Assembly (NCBI GenBank): GCA_963677925.2
Contig: CAXXYH010000001.1
Span: 64,001-128,000, forward strand
Length of the DNA: 64,000 nucleotides
Direction of reading: 5' to 3'
Origin: Spirochaetia bacterium
GTDB taxonomy: Bacteria; Spirochaetota; Spirochaetia; UBA9216
Within the stretch, counting starts at the first letter, position 1. Each line of letters begins with the position of its first letter. Shown in pieces: positions 19,391 through 29,243 of this stretch. Made by a program: the position numbers and the translations under genes. Below the pieces are notes generated by a model. That model saw only the letters and a list, made by a program, of their open reading frames with translations. It ran no database searches and was not told the origin of the DNA.

Positions 19391-20850
19391 TACCGGTTAT
19401 TCTTTATGGTATTTTCTATATTTTTTTTAAGTGACAGCAGTCTTCTGTCAGCGGGAAATCTTGATAAGGCATTGTTTACAATTTCAAGCGAGGTTTCGAA
19501 ATCCTGCCTGTTATATGCGTCTGCAGCTCTGTTGTAAATTTCTGCCACTGTATTATTAAGATAAATCTTCTTTACCTGTTCCAGTCTTGAACTGCTTCCC
19601 TTTTCAAGGATGATTGCTTCTGTCTCGGTGAGGGCCGCCTCCCAACCGGAGACCGATGCCGTCCGTTCAAGTTTGGCCGTGTACCAGGCGTCTGCTATTT
19701 CACGGATTCTGCGGCTGTTTACTACACCTGCGGATTCTGCGGCTTCAACCGCTTTCTCAAAATCTTTTTCATCACCACCGGCCTTCACAGTTTCGAGCGC
19801 TGTAAACAGTTCAGCATCCGAAACAGCAAGTTCGAGAGTTGCATAGGTTTTCTCATCCATCAGTGCTGACAGGCGGTCAAGGCTGTTCCTTGCTTCAGGG
19901 ATATTGCGCTGTCTGAGCAGTCTGACAATATAATTATTTGCTGCTGAGTTGGTTAAGTTTTCAAGCTTTCTATGAGTACCGAAGGTGGCAGCTGCAAGCT
20001 CTGTCCAGCTTAGAACTTCCTCCTCCCGGCCCGATTTAGCCAGCTGAGCGCCGTAGTTTGAAATACGATCAATAAGAAAATCAAATATTTCACCTTCTTC
20101 AGGAGATCCCAGAAGTGCCCAGCGATCCACCGCCAGAGGCACGGCCTCGGCATAACGCCCCTGTGCCTCAAGTTCCACTATTCTGTTAGAAATAACCAGA
20201 GAGAAGAGATACATCAAATCGATTTCATTCCGGTTCCGGTAATTTCTTGGCGGGACATAGGCATAACCGGTAATTGCACCGAAGGCATCATGAAATTCGG
20301 TTTTAGTTCCCGGATCAAAGCCCAATGCCGCTGTTGTTTCGACATCTACGGCTCCTTCCGGAGTGATAACAGAACAGAATGCATGATCGGGGGTGGAAAT
20401 TCCCTGGACCTGAAGATTTACTGAAGTGGAGAGAATTGAATACAAAACTGCAGAAGAGACACAGTTGAATCGGCCGGTAGAAAAGAGAGTATCCAGCCTG
20501 GTCTGCTTTTCTATGTAAGTGGAAAGATATTTGTCGTGCATGAACTCGAGAACCTTTTCACCCTTCCGGTAATCATCCATGCCTTCAACACTTTTACTTA
20601 GTTCTGAAAGATCTTTACTGAAAATGCTTAACTGATCGGCGCTGTATTCTGCCCCGGAAACCCAGAATGCAAGTTTGTACAGTGCCTGCCAGTCGCCGGT
20701 ATCAGTATCAGCGGAATATCTGTATGCCTCCGGGGACGCTGCAATCCTTGGAAAAGCATCAATGCTCCAGGCAGAAGAAACCCCGGAAATTAGGATTAAA
20801 AATACTGCAGAAAGAAATCCCTTTCTGCAGCGGTATCTGATAAAAATCAT
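19390..20850 (-). CDS. Exported transglutaminase-like (Cys-His-acid) protein with TPR-like C-terminus
   Basis: Signal peptide; GRFNCVSSAVLY...TPDHAF...DVETT; helical TPR-like tail. Confidence 0.65.
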   Translation of the reverse strand: MIFIRYRCRKGFLSAVFLILISGVSSAWSIDAFPRIAASPEAYRYSADTDTGDWQALYKLAFWVSGAEYSADQLSIFSKDLSELSKSVEGMDDYRKGEKVLEFMHDKYLSTYIEKQTRLDTLFSTGRFNCVSSAVLYSILSTSVNLQVQGISTPDHAFCSVITPEGAVDVETTAALGFDPGTKTEFHDAFGAITGYAYVPPRNYRNRNEIDLMYLFSLVISNRIVELEAQGRYAEAVPLAVDRWALLGSPEEGEIFDFLIDRISNYGAQLAKSGREEEVLSWTELAAATFGTHRKLENLTNSAANNYIVRLLRQRNIPEARNSLDRLSALMDEKTYATLELAVSDAELFTALETVKAGGDEKDFEKAVEAAESAGVVNSRRIREIADAWYTAKLERTASVSGWEAALTETEAIILEKGSSSRLEQVKKIYLNNTVAEIYNRAADAYNRQDFETSLEIVNNALSRFPADRRLLSLKKNIENTIKNNR

Positions 20851-20874
20851 GAAAACGCCTTATCCGGCTGCCTG

Positions 20875-21825
20875 TCAGTTTCCTGCCTGAGTCAGGATTT
20901 CAGCAAGCTGAGCCTTAAGAGCCCTGTCGAACTCAGTATAATTATCTTCATATCCTGCATTATCAGCAATCTGAAGATTCATTGAAATATACTGATAAGC
21001 ATCAACAGGATGTTCAGTATTCATAAGAGCTACAGCCGTAACCCTTCCAAGTGTAAGCGTATCTGTAATGGCCAGCTGTCCGGCTGGTACAAGCAGCATA
21101 AAATCTGATATATAGGGATTGGCATCGATAACAGCCTGATATTCTTTAAGATTGAAAGCATTGACGAGGAAGTTCATCAGAAAGTATACAGAACTTTCCC
21201 AGTTTTCGGTTTGTTTGAATATTTCTGCAGATTTGACCATAAGCTCCCAGGAAGATTTAAAATCTTTTACTGAAGTAAGACAGATAGCCTTCTCTGCATA
21301 ACAGTCCGCAAGATAGTTTCTAGCAAGTACATCCGATTCGGATTCCTGGATTTTAAGTCCTTTTGGAAGATCCTTTTTGTAGTTTCCGCCGTCCCATATC
21401 AAAAAGCCGTAATCCCAGATAGCAAGTGCTCCCGAAGGATGACCCATTTCAACCAGTCTGTATGCACGCTGTTTAAGAATCATGTACAGTTGTTCTCTGG
21501 TAAGCGTTTCTTTTAACTCTGCAGCTTTCCAGATACTGTATAAGTACAGCTCGGCTGACCCTTCAAGATTTCCTTCGCCGTATTGAAAGTCGGCATTATA
21601 ATAAATCTGCTCAAGCACCGGGTCTATCTTTCTTCCGTATTCAGACAGTTTGCTGTATGGGTTTTTTGCTTCTGTTATCAGTGTTTCAACTTCTGAACTA
21701 ACAGGAATGATAATATTGGACTGGAAACTGTCAGTTTCGCTTTCTCCGGCGGCTGTCACTGATTGTAATGATGTAATAAACAGTAATAATATCAATGAAA
21801 TGAAAATACTAAGCTGATGTTTCAA
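20875..21825 (-). CDS. Exported TPR-like hypothetical protein
   Basis: TTG start after ACGGAG (alternative ATG 21855); signal peptide; helical TPR-like pattern. Confidence 0.55.
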   Translation of the reverse strand: MKHQLSIFISLILLLFITSLQSVTAAGESETDSFQSNIIIPVSSEVETLITEAKNPYSKLSEYGRKIDPVLEQIYYNADFQYGEGNLEGSAELYLYSIWKAAELKETLTREQLYMILKQRAYRLVEMGHPSGALAIWDYGFLIWDGGNYKKDLPKGLKIQESESDVLARNYLADCYAEKAICLTSVKDFKSSWELMVKSAEIFKQTENWESSVYFLMNFLVNAFNLKEYQAVIDANPYISDFMLLVPAGQLAITDTLTLGRVTAVALMNTEHPVDAYQYISMNLQIADNAGYEDNYTEFDRALKAQLAEILTQAGN

Positions 21826-21881
21826 ATTATACTCCGTTTTTATAAAATCTGTCATTTGCCGAATTATTATATCTGTAAATA

Positions 21882-23624
21882 TTACTGTAATCCAAGCCGT
21901 AAATTATCAAAATCACGTAATGAAACCGTTTTCTGTTCACCTTCCGGGAAGGTAATACGAACCATGTCTCCGGGCTTTGTCCATTTAAGCTCGCGGAAGG
22001 TATCACTGCTTCCAAGAAATTCTGTTTCGGGATAATCCTGAAATAATATGTAATAGTAGGTCATTCCGGAGATTGTTTCACTGGTAATATCGGAGACCAC
22101 TGTTTCCATAATGGTCTCACTGACAGAAGAATCAATGGAGAGTGAATCGCTTGAGTTTATAAGCGCTGTCTCAAAGGCACGTAAAGCTTCTCTAACTGTT
22201 GTTCCAACACCGAGAATCTGTTCGTTTTTAAGGGATATAAATCCGTACATCTTAACAAGACCGTCAGCGCCCTTAAGCGTACAGAAGTATACCGGTCTGC
22301 TGCCGATGTTGTACAGAATTGCAGGAGTTGCAGAATAGCCGGCTTCCTTCACACCCTTGGCATTTTCAAGTGCTTCACCGGCCCGGTCTTCGGTTATTCC
22401 GCTGATTCTGTAGAAACGGGTATCTTTTGTCCGGGTATTTACGAGGACAAATCCGGTAGTACCCCGGTCTGAGCCGGCAGACTGCATGCCTGAATAGAAG
22501 TAGGCCTCACCGCCGGAATAAACAAGAGAGGTTCCCTCAGTTTTTTTAAGGACATCCTTCTGTTTAATCCAGCTGTTAAGCCATCCGTGGGTAAAGGCGC
22601 CCCAGTAGTTAAGCTGTCTGTTTATAAAGAGTTCAGGCTGTATCCTATCGATAAAAGCGGGAGCTTCATCAATGCTGTATTCTGTGATCTCGCCTGTCTG
22701 TACATCTACTGCAACAATGCCGGAGGCTTCAGGTCCATTCCAGCCGATTGTTTTGTCATAGAGTGTCACAATATAAAATGGTCTTCCGTCGTTTTTAAGT
22801 TCAAAGGTATAGTCGGTAATACCCTTCATCATATATCCGTTTGCACGCAGGTATCTCTGTAGATTGTTTCCAAAATAATGGCCGGTTGAATAGTTGATTT
22901 CGAGTTTTTTACCGTTTAGCGCTGTTACAAAAAAGGCTCTGCTTGCATCCTGTGAAGAGACAATGATGTATCCGGGTGTTGTTTTTTCCTTGAAAGCCCC
23001 AGACGGATGCAGAACGCCTACCCAGACAAGTTCATTATCGAAGCTGAGGGTGCGGGTTTCGCCTTCTCCGGTTACAATATCAAAGCTTCCGTTAAGATTC
23101 TGAATGCTCATGCGGCCAAGTTCGACCTGTGAACCGAGACCTGAAATGCTTTCAATAAGAGTGCTTCCCCTCTGTCCTGCAAGCTGCTGATCAACAAGCC
23201 TGAGTTTTGACAGATCTACAGGTTCAACGTCGGCATTGAAATCAAGTGATTCGGTATCGGTTATTTTATTGTTCATGAGACTGTAATAGTCTTTTGACCG
23301 GATGATTTTGCCGCCTGCAAACAGCATAACCACTGCTGCCAGCGCAACTGCTGTCAAAGGTAAAAAATAGAAGATATTGATTCTGCGGCCGGCAAAAAAC
23401 GGTCCGACTGCAGTCATTGACAGAGCCCAAAGCCATAAAGCCGGATATCTGAAGCCGACAGCCGGTCTTGCAAGCCAGAATATCCAGGCCGTTACGGCAG
23501 CTGTAATTAAAATTAGAACGAGATTCAGCACAGCTGTTGCAGTACTTTTCTGTTTACCGATTGCTGAAATAAAATAAAATACGGCCAGAACCGCAAAACT
23601 TGCTGATAAGGTAATAAAAAACAT
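21882..23624 (-). CDS. Conserved membrane-anchored hypothetical protein (4 N-terminal TMs plus large exported domain)
   Basis: SD GGAGG; hydrophobic N-terminus; repeated V.VD..TG-type beta-hairpins; possible C-terminal OB-like fold. Confidence 0.6.
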   Translation of the reverse strand: MFFITLSASFAVLAVFYFISAIGKQKSTATAVLNLVLILITAAVTAWIFWLARPAVGFRYPALWLWALSMTAVGPFFAGRRINIFYFLPLTAVALAAVVMLFAGGKIIRSKDYYSLMNNKITDTESLDFNADVEPVDLSKLRLVDQQLAGQRGSTLIESISGLGSQVELGRMSIQNLNGSFDIVTGEGETRTLSFDNELVWVGVLHPSGAFKEKTTPGYIIVSSQDASRAFFVTALNGKKLEINYSTGHYFGNNLQRYLRANGYMMKGITDYTFELKNDGRPFYIVTLYDKTIGWNGPEASGIVAVDVQTGEITEYSIDEAPAFIDRIQPELFINRQLNYWGAFTHGWLNSWIKQKDVLKKTEGTSLVYSGGEAYFYSGMQSAGSDRGTTGFVLVNTRTKDTRFYRISGITEDRAGEALENAKGVKEAGYSATPAILYNIGSRPVYFCTLKGADGLVKMYGFISLKNEQILGVGTTVREALRAFETALINSSDSLSIDSSVSETIMETVVSDITSETISGMTYYYILFQDYPETEFLGSSDTFRELKWTKPGDMVRITFPEGEQKTVSLRDFDNLRLGLQ

Positions 23625-23711
23625 TTTTTCCTCCAGTGTTTATCTATACCTCATACTACAAATTTGTTCAATTTTTATTCACAGGAACTTCGTGCAAAAT
23701 CCTGTTAGTTT

Positions 23712-24836
23712 CTATTCTGCGCGGTGCATGTAAATGGTTATTTCAGAATCTGAATCATCAGGATCAACTGCAGTAATACCGTCGATGAAGGAGCTTCTGG
23801 TTCCATCGGATTCAGCTTTAGCCTCTCCCTCTTTGGCAGTATCGCTGAACTCGATATTCGCGCCTGAATCAACGCGGTTATATAATTGAACCATGTCGTT
23901 AATATTGATGTTGAAACTGCAGTCAAATGACTCATTAAAATGATAAGCCTTGCTATTATCGGACAGATTCTGAATATTCCCATTGTCATGGTTAAGATAT
24001 AGCAGAGCATCTGTTCCGACAATCTCAAAGGTTCCGTCACCGCTGGTAGTATTCCCAAGTTTAACCCGTCCGCTAAGATCATAGTAAACGCTGCCTGGAA
24101 CGAAAACCATTATTTGTTCCCAGGTAATTTCGTCAAACTGAATTCTGTATTCCATTCTTTTTGCTGACATACCAAAACCTACACTGGCGTTGACATACGC
24201 AGCAGAATAGCTCGCAGATTCGTTGACATTCTGATTAACCTCAAGATCGCCGTTTATCGTGATATTGTAAGATAACCTTACACGGGTAGTCTCCGGACTG
24301 CTTGATGCAAAGGTAATATACAAATTATTCCATGCCCAGGATGTGACGTTGTAGTCCATTTCCCCGTTAAGCGGGTTAATCCCCTCTGCCTGTAGGACGG
24401 AATTAGTGTTTGCCTCTGTGGACATTTCGACAGTCTGGAGGCCTTTAAACATCACATTGTAGCTCTCTTCATCATGTTCATAAACCATTGGATAATTAAT
24501 CGAGCCGGTTGTAACAGAATTGTCAGAAAGAAGGCCGGAAATTAAAATGAGTCCGCCGAGGCCTCCGCCTGCAGGTCCCGAATAACCGTAGTAAACCTGA
24601 GTATCAGTAACTGAGTCCAGGTCTTCAGGCAGTGAGCCGGTATAGACTATACCTCCGGGCAGAGTGTCTGTCCCTCCGGTATCTGTGTCGTCTGCTCCCG
24701 TACCCGCGGCAGTGCTGTCTGTATCTGTTGTGTCTGTACCGGGCGGTGTTGTATTATCAATATTGCAGCTGCTGAGAAAAAACATGCTGCCTGCAGTCAA
24801 AAGAAGAATCATCAGAATTTTGAAGGAACTTTTCAT
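23712..24836 (-). CDS. Hypothetical lipoprotein with Thr/Asp/Gly-rich linker
   Basis: Lipobox FLSSC; TTPPGTDTTDTDSTAAGTGADDTDTGGTDT linker; beta-rich body. Confidence 0.7.
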   Translation of the reverse strand: MKSSFKILMILLLTAGSMFFLSSCNIDNTTPPGTDTTDTDSTAAGTGADDTDTGGTDTLPGGIVYTGSLPEDLDSVTDTQVYYGYSGPAGGGLGGLILISGLLSDNSVTTGSINYPMVYEHDEESYNVMFKGLQTVEMSTEANTNSVLQAEGINPLNGEMDYNVTSWAWNNLYITFASSSPETTRVRLSYNITINGDLEVNQNVNESASYSAAYVNASVGFGMSAKRMEYRIQFDEITWEQIMVFVPGSVYYDLSGRVKLGNTTSGDGTFEIVGTDALLYLNHDNGNIQNLSDNSKAYHFNESFDCSFNININDMVQLYNRVDSGANIEFSDTAKEGEAKAESDGTRSSFIDGITAVDPDDSDSEITIYMHRAE

Positions 24837-24955
24837 ACTTACTCCGAAACTGTTTATTTAAATTTACTGTTCTGAGCATAATTATATATTAGCAATAAAC
24901 TGATTTAACGGAGATGCCGCCGAAAACGTACGGAAACGAGTTGTTTTGACCAGCT

Positions 24956-25903
24956 CTATTTATCGATGTGAAGTCGGGTATTCTCAAACATGTGAAGAGA
25001 CCATCCCTCACTTGTTATTTCCATCTTGTTTTTAGGCGGCAGGATGGTTCCTATATCCATTGTTTCAAAGAAACGTTTAAGTTTGTTAATCTGATTATAA
25101 ATGCGCTTATAATCGGAACAGAGTGTAGCCTTCATTCTCTGTTCAAGACATTGGCTGCATTGTCGGGATAACACTGTTTCATCATGTATAATATTTAAAC
25201 GGGCCATGATTCTGCTGCAGTTGAGTTTCCGGTCAGGGGTGCCTGCAAACAGGCTTATTATTTCAAGATCCGACGGCGATAAAAGGTTTGAATAATCATT
25301 TCCGTCAATCTTCAGAAAATTCTTTCCGGCTATGACATGACGGTTCAGTGAATTCTGCAGAATTATAACCGCATCTATCCCGACAAGGATATTAACAACT
25401 GAATACAGATTAAACAGCATCCAGTTGAATCCTGAATCTATCTTTTTAAAGATTATATGATACCCAAGCAGAAGCATCCACATTGCAGAAGCGAATATCA
25501 TAACCAGACTGATAAGGATGAGGCTTCTGGTAACATTTTTAGAAGGGTCCTCTCTATAGATGTCTTTTTTTCGGTAAAGGGATATTATGAACAGCTGTCC
25601 TGCAGAGTGAAATGCTGATCGAAGAAAATCGGGATGGACCATGGCTCCTGCTGCAATAATTGAGAGGATGATAACCGCACCGAAGATAAGAAACAGAACC
25701 GGAAAGCTTTGCGCAGGAACATAGTTTATAACTGAATATGATATAAGATGGATGAACATCAGCACAAAGCCTGCAAGCAGGTAATAATTGCCTTCTGCCG
25801 GAATTTCTTCCATGTTTCTGATTGCTATACCTGCAAAGAGTACGGATAACGAGAAAAACAAAGTAAGCACAGGTTTTATACTTTTTCTATAATAAAGGGA
25901 CAT
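24956..25903 (-). CDS. Multi-TM membrane protein with Cys-rich, winged-helix-like cytoplasmic tail (putative one-component regulator)
   Basis: About 6 TMs, then LSPSDLEIISLF...LNC...CSQC...LCSDYKRIYNQINKLKRFF...EGW. Start 25903 or 25945. Confidence 0.55.
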   Translation of the reverse strand: MSLYYRKSIKPVLTLFFSLSVLFAGIAIRNMEEIPAEGNYYLLAGFVLMFIHLISYSVINYVPAQSFPVLFLIFGAVIILSIIAAGAMVHPDFLRSAFHSAGQLFIISLYRKKDIYREDPSKNVTRSLILISLVMIFASAMWMLLLGYHIIFKKIDSGFNWMLFNLYSVVNILVGIDAVIILQNSLNRHVIAGKNFLKIDGNDYSNLLSPSDLEIISLFAGTPDRKLNCSRIMARLNIIHDETVLSRQCSQCLEQRMKATLCSDYKRIYNQINKLKRFFETMDIGTILPPKNKMEITSEGWSLHMFENTRLHIDK

Positions 25904-25953
25904 CGGACTAAAATATATCACGATGCCCCACAGATTTTCAATCAAACTATAAT

Positions 25954-27735
25954 CTAATCTATGATCCTGCAGAGCCGCAGTCCTGAATAACCGTTTGCAA
26001 GCTCAGGGGACTGAGTGAGAAACTCCCGTCTTCCTACCCTGCCTACGCTGTCAGCAAAATTCCAGGAGCCGCCCCTGACATATACTTCACCGGGTGCGGA
26101 ATCTGTATTTTCACAGCAGAGTTCTCCGACGTTCCCGCTCATATCAAAAAGGCCGAGTTTATTTGGATGCAGGATTCCAGCTTCGTTTGCATGATAGAAA
26201 GAGGGATAAGTCGCAGAATATGACCATGCTACTTCGGTGATATAATCGACATCCCCGTCTAGGTCAAAGTCTGTTCCGCCTGAGAATACATCAAAGGCAG
26301 TATCTGCACCGCTTGCATATGTTCCAGGATAGTATTCTCCCGGCTCACAGATATCTGCGTCGCCATTAAAATCACCGATATAACGGGCTGCAAGTTCCCA
26401 TTCATCGATTGAGGGCAGCCTGTAGCCGTTTTTTCCAGTGTTCATGCTTGTTTCATCCTTCTCCCAGGCGGGAGAAGATGATATCCATTCATCATCACCG
26501 AATTGATCAAAGACATACACGAGGTTATCGGTACTTCCGTCCCTCATCATTGTCAGCCAGCTGCAGAGCATTACGGCACCGTACCAGCTTATGTCTGTAA
26601 GCGGATAATCTTCATAGCCGGGTTCTATACTGAATGTGTAGGTTGATGCTGAATATTCAATATGACATGTTGCAGAATCAAGATCTATCAGCTCCCTGCC
26701 GTAAGCCATAACAGTTGAGGCCGTTGCATACACAGGCTTCCAGGACAGTATGCTGATTAGAAACTCATTATCCGCCCAGTCCAGAATGGCAAGAGCTTCC
26801 GCATTGGTGAGTTCCGTTTCTCCAAGCATGTAGCGTCTTGATACTGAAGATATTGCATCATCTTCGGGATTGATCGGAAACTCCATTCCTTCAGTATTGT
26901 TCGCAAGAATAAAACTGATTTCGGCTGAATAATCAGGCAGATACAAAGAACCCTTATCTCCGGGTTCCGACATCGCCGAAAGATTCTCATCGGCCTCATA
27001 ATAAACGGTTACCGTGTAATTCTTCTCAGTACCGTCCATCGCAACTGCTGTATAAACAAGAGGTTCGGAGAAATCATTCACAGTAACATGACTATCCTGA
27101 ACAATATCACCAATCCTGATTTCTCTGCCGACTGTTGTGACTACAGCCGTCAGAGCGCTTAAATCAGTTCCTCCCGGCAGGATAACTGTAATTGTACCTG
27201 CGTCATGATCGAATATTCCCGAAGTATCCTGCGATATTTCAGTATTCTCACTGGCGGCGAAACCGAATACACCCATTCTTGCATCGGAGCTGTAAGTGTT
27301 GATTGCCAGCACGTAGTAATCCCGGCTGCTGCCGTCTTCTGCAGTTACCGTATAGACAAGTTCATCTGTAAAATCGTTGGTGCTTGTTCCGCTGGTCTGC
27401 GGGGTGCCATTTAAACTTACACTGCTGCCGTTATGGGTGAAAGCTGCTTTGAGATTTTCCAAAGCAGTACCATACGGGAGTATGATAGTTACATCAGTAT
27501 CATCGAACTCTGCAGTGACATCCCTTGATAAACCGCTGTTGTCAGCTGTTCTAAATGTAAAGCTTATAAGTTCACAGGTACTGGATGGATTAGCCGGCAC
27601 ATCATTTTCGTCGGTATTTTCATCTATGGATTCGAACGGATCGTCTTCAAGCGGGACAACCTCCGGAGGGCATGCCGTAAACAATACTGCAGAGAATGCA
27701 ATAAGCAGAAAAAGAATCAGCCTCAAGTGTTTCAT
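25954..27735 (-). CDS. Lipoprotein with two Ig-like (DUF5018-like) repeats and an FGE-sulfatase (C-type-lectin-like) domain
   Basis: Lipobox FTAC; repeats ending NDFTDELVYTVTAEDG and NDFSEPLVYTAVAMDG; GYRLPSIDEWELAAR, NKLGLFDMSGNVGE, RGGSW and GLRLCR. Confidence 0.8.
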   Translation of the reverse strand: MKHLRLILFLLIAFSAVLFTACPPEVVPLEDDPFESIDENTDENDVPANPSSTCELISFTFRTADNSGLSRDVTAEFDDTDVTIILPYGTALENLKAAFTHNGSSVSLNGTPQTSGTSTNDFTDELVYTVTAEDGSSRDYYVLAINTYSSDARMGVFGFAASENTEISQDTSGIFDHDAGTITVILPGGTDLSALTAVVTTVGREIRIGDIVQDSHVTVNDFSEPLVYTAVAMDGTEKNYTVTVYYEADENLSAMSEPGDKGSLYLPDYSAEISFILANNTEGMEFPINPEDDAISSVSRRYMLGETELTNAEALAILDWADNEFLISILSWKPVYATASTVMAYGRELIDLDSATCHIEYSASTYTFSIEPGYEDYPLTDISWYGAVMLCSWLTMMRDGSTDNLVYVFDQFGDDEWISSSPAWEKDETSMNTGKNGYRLPSIDEWELAARYIGDFNGDADICEPGEYYPGTYASGADTAFDVFSGGTDFDLDGDVDYITEVAWSYSATYPSFYHANEAGILHPNKLGLFDMSGNVGELCCENTDSAPGEVYVRGGSWNFADSVGRVGRREFLTQSPELANGYSGLRLCRIID

Positions 27736-27840
27736 AGTTTTTCTCCTGAACCATTTTTGTGATTACAATTGAAAAACTAACACTATTGATTATGATTTTA
27801 TCATACAAAGAGTCCATATGGACTTATTTAGCCCTTTATG

Positions 27841-27950
27841 GCCTCGGGCCGGCCGGGCCCAACCTTTCTTTTTTCAGATAAAAGAAAGGTTGCCAAAGAA
27901 AATTACAGCCCTCCGGGTGGTAGCGGAAAATGTGAGAGTGAGGAGCTGCT
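27841..27950. repeat. Dispersed hairpin repeat, copy 1
   Basis: 31-bp core AACCTTTCTTTTTTCAGATAAAAGAAAGGTT (27861-27891) is identical to 53433-53463; flanks are similar (GCCCTCCGGGTGGT). Confidence 0.85.
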
Positions 27951-27998
27951 AAAAAAAATATTTATTTTACATTAGGATCTAATTTTACTTTATATTCA

Positions 27999-29240
27999 TT
28001 AAGATGCGGTCTTCCGCTCAAGTCGTTTTTGCCTGTGACGCAGTTCCGGAAGGTACTTTTTAATTCTTATGTGTTCAAGATTAAGTATTTCCTGTGTGAT
28101 CCGGAGTGCTTTTTGCGGATCTTTTTCAGTATGCTCGTAGTACTTTGCAATTTCAACAGCGGCTTCGATGCTGCGCCAGCGGTTCCAGAGTTCTTTCCAG
28201 ACGCGCAAAGCCTCAACATAGTTTTTAACTGATTTATAATAAAACCCGAGCATACGGCCTGCTTTACGGCTTCCATCCCTGAATGACTGTTCGTAGAGCT
28301 CAGCGCCGCGAGTATCTCCTCGTTCGATAAGCATTCTTGCAAGTCCATTCAAATCATATCTGATACCAATATCAGTTTCTGCCTGCCCTGCCGGTATACG
28401 GTAGAGCCGTTCGGTTATTGCTAGTACTTCCATCAGGCTTGCGATGTCTTCAAGATGGTGGGCGGCTATATCTTTCATAAAATCAAAATTACCAGTTTTT
28501 ATGAAGTTGAAATAATAATCCGGAACCAGGAAACCTGGAACATCATCTGTTCTCTGCTTATTCAGAATGCCACGTTCAATGTCCCCGAGGGAACAGGTTC
28601 CAGTTATTCTTTTCCAGAGCCTTCTTGCCGGATAAAGCAGATCAAGCTGATAGCCGAACTTTGCGTTTATCCCATTCAGGAGGAACCGGCTTTTCATCAG
28701 GTTTGAGTCGAAGCTTTTTCCGTTGTATGAAACGTATATTCGCTCCGGGGAGACAAAGCCTTTAAGCAGATTCAGAAATTCAGGTTCTCCCGGGAAGTCG
28801 GTCATCAGATACTGGATTATTTCAAAACCGGCTGATGTCACATATCCGAAGCCGCAGAGAAATATCACCGTTCCAGCTCCGCCGGAAACCCCGGTTGTTT
28901 CGCAGTCATAGAAAATAAACTTTTCAGCAGGCGTTACTTCTGAAGATGCATTGCTGCTGTCTCGCTCATGATACAGAAAGTTGGATATCAGAGGCTTTAA
29001 AAGGTTTTCTTTGACAGTTTTAAGGCTGTATACGTATTCGGCTTTTTTTACCCATCCGCGGCTTATCAGACCTTCATGAATCCTGTCATTAACCGCTTCA
29101 CGTTCTGCGATGCGTGCAGCATGATGTGAGCCGTTCCCTGTCCGGGGAACGGGCGGTTTGATACTGTTTGTCCCCTTTTCCAGGTCGCCCCGGGCCTGTC
29201 TGAGTCTTTCAAGTCTTGTGCGAAGATCCGGAGCTGCCAT
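27999..29240 (-). CDS. YprB/MrfB-like RNase H-fold (DEDD) exonuclease with TPR
   Basis: FYDCETTG, SYNGKSFD, LDLLYPARR and HHLEDI motifs; AKYYEH TPR tail; downstream of the DUF1998 helicase. Confidence 0.85.
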   Translation of the reverse strand: MAAPDLRTRLERLRQARGDLEKGTNSIKPPVPRTGNGSHHAARIAEREAVNDRIHEGLISRGWVKKAEYVYSLKTVKENLLKPLISNFLYHERDSSNASSEVTPAEKFIFYDCETTGVSGGAGTVIFLCGFGYVTSAGFEIIQYLMTDFPGEPEFLNLLKGFVSPERIYVSYNGKSFDSNLMKSRFLLNGINAKFGYQLDLLYPARRLWKRITGTCSLGDIERGILNKQRTDDVPGFLVPDYYFNFIKTGNFDFMKDIAAHHLEDIASLMEVLAITERLYRIPAGQAETDIGIRYDLNGLARMLIERGDTRGAELYEQSFRDGSRKAGRMLGFYYKSVKNYVEALRVWKELWNRWRSIEAAVEIAKYYEHTEKDPQKALRITQEILNLEHIRIKKYLPELRHRQKRLERKTAS

Positions 29241-29243
29241 TTA

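Noticed and set aside
25954-26110. FGE/C-type-lectin lipoprotein C-terminus as a diversity-generating retroelement target (like Treponema TvpA)
   Set aside because: I found no reverse transcriptase, no Avd gene and no adenine-variant template copy of this 3' end in the window. A remote DGR cannot be excluded.
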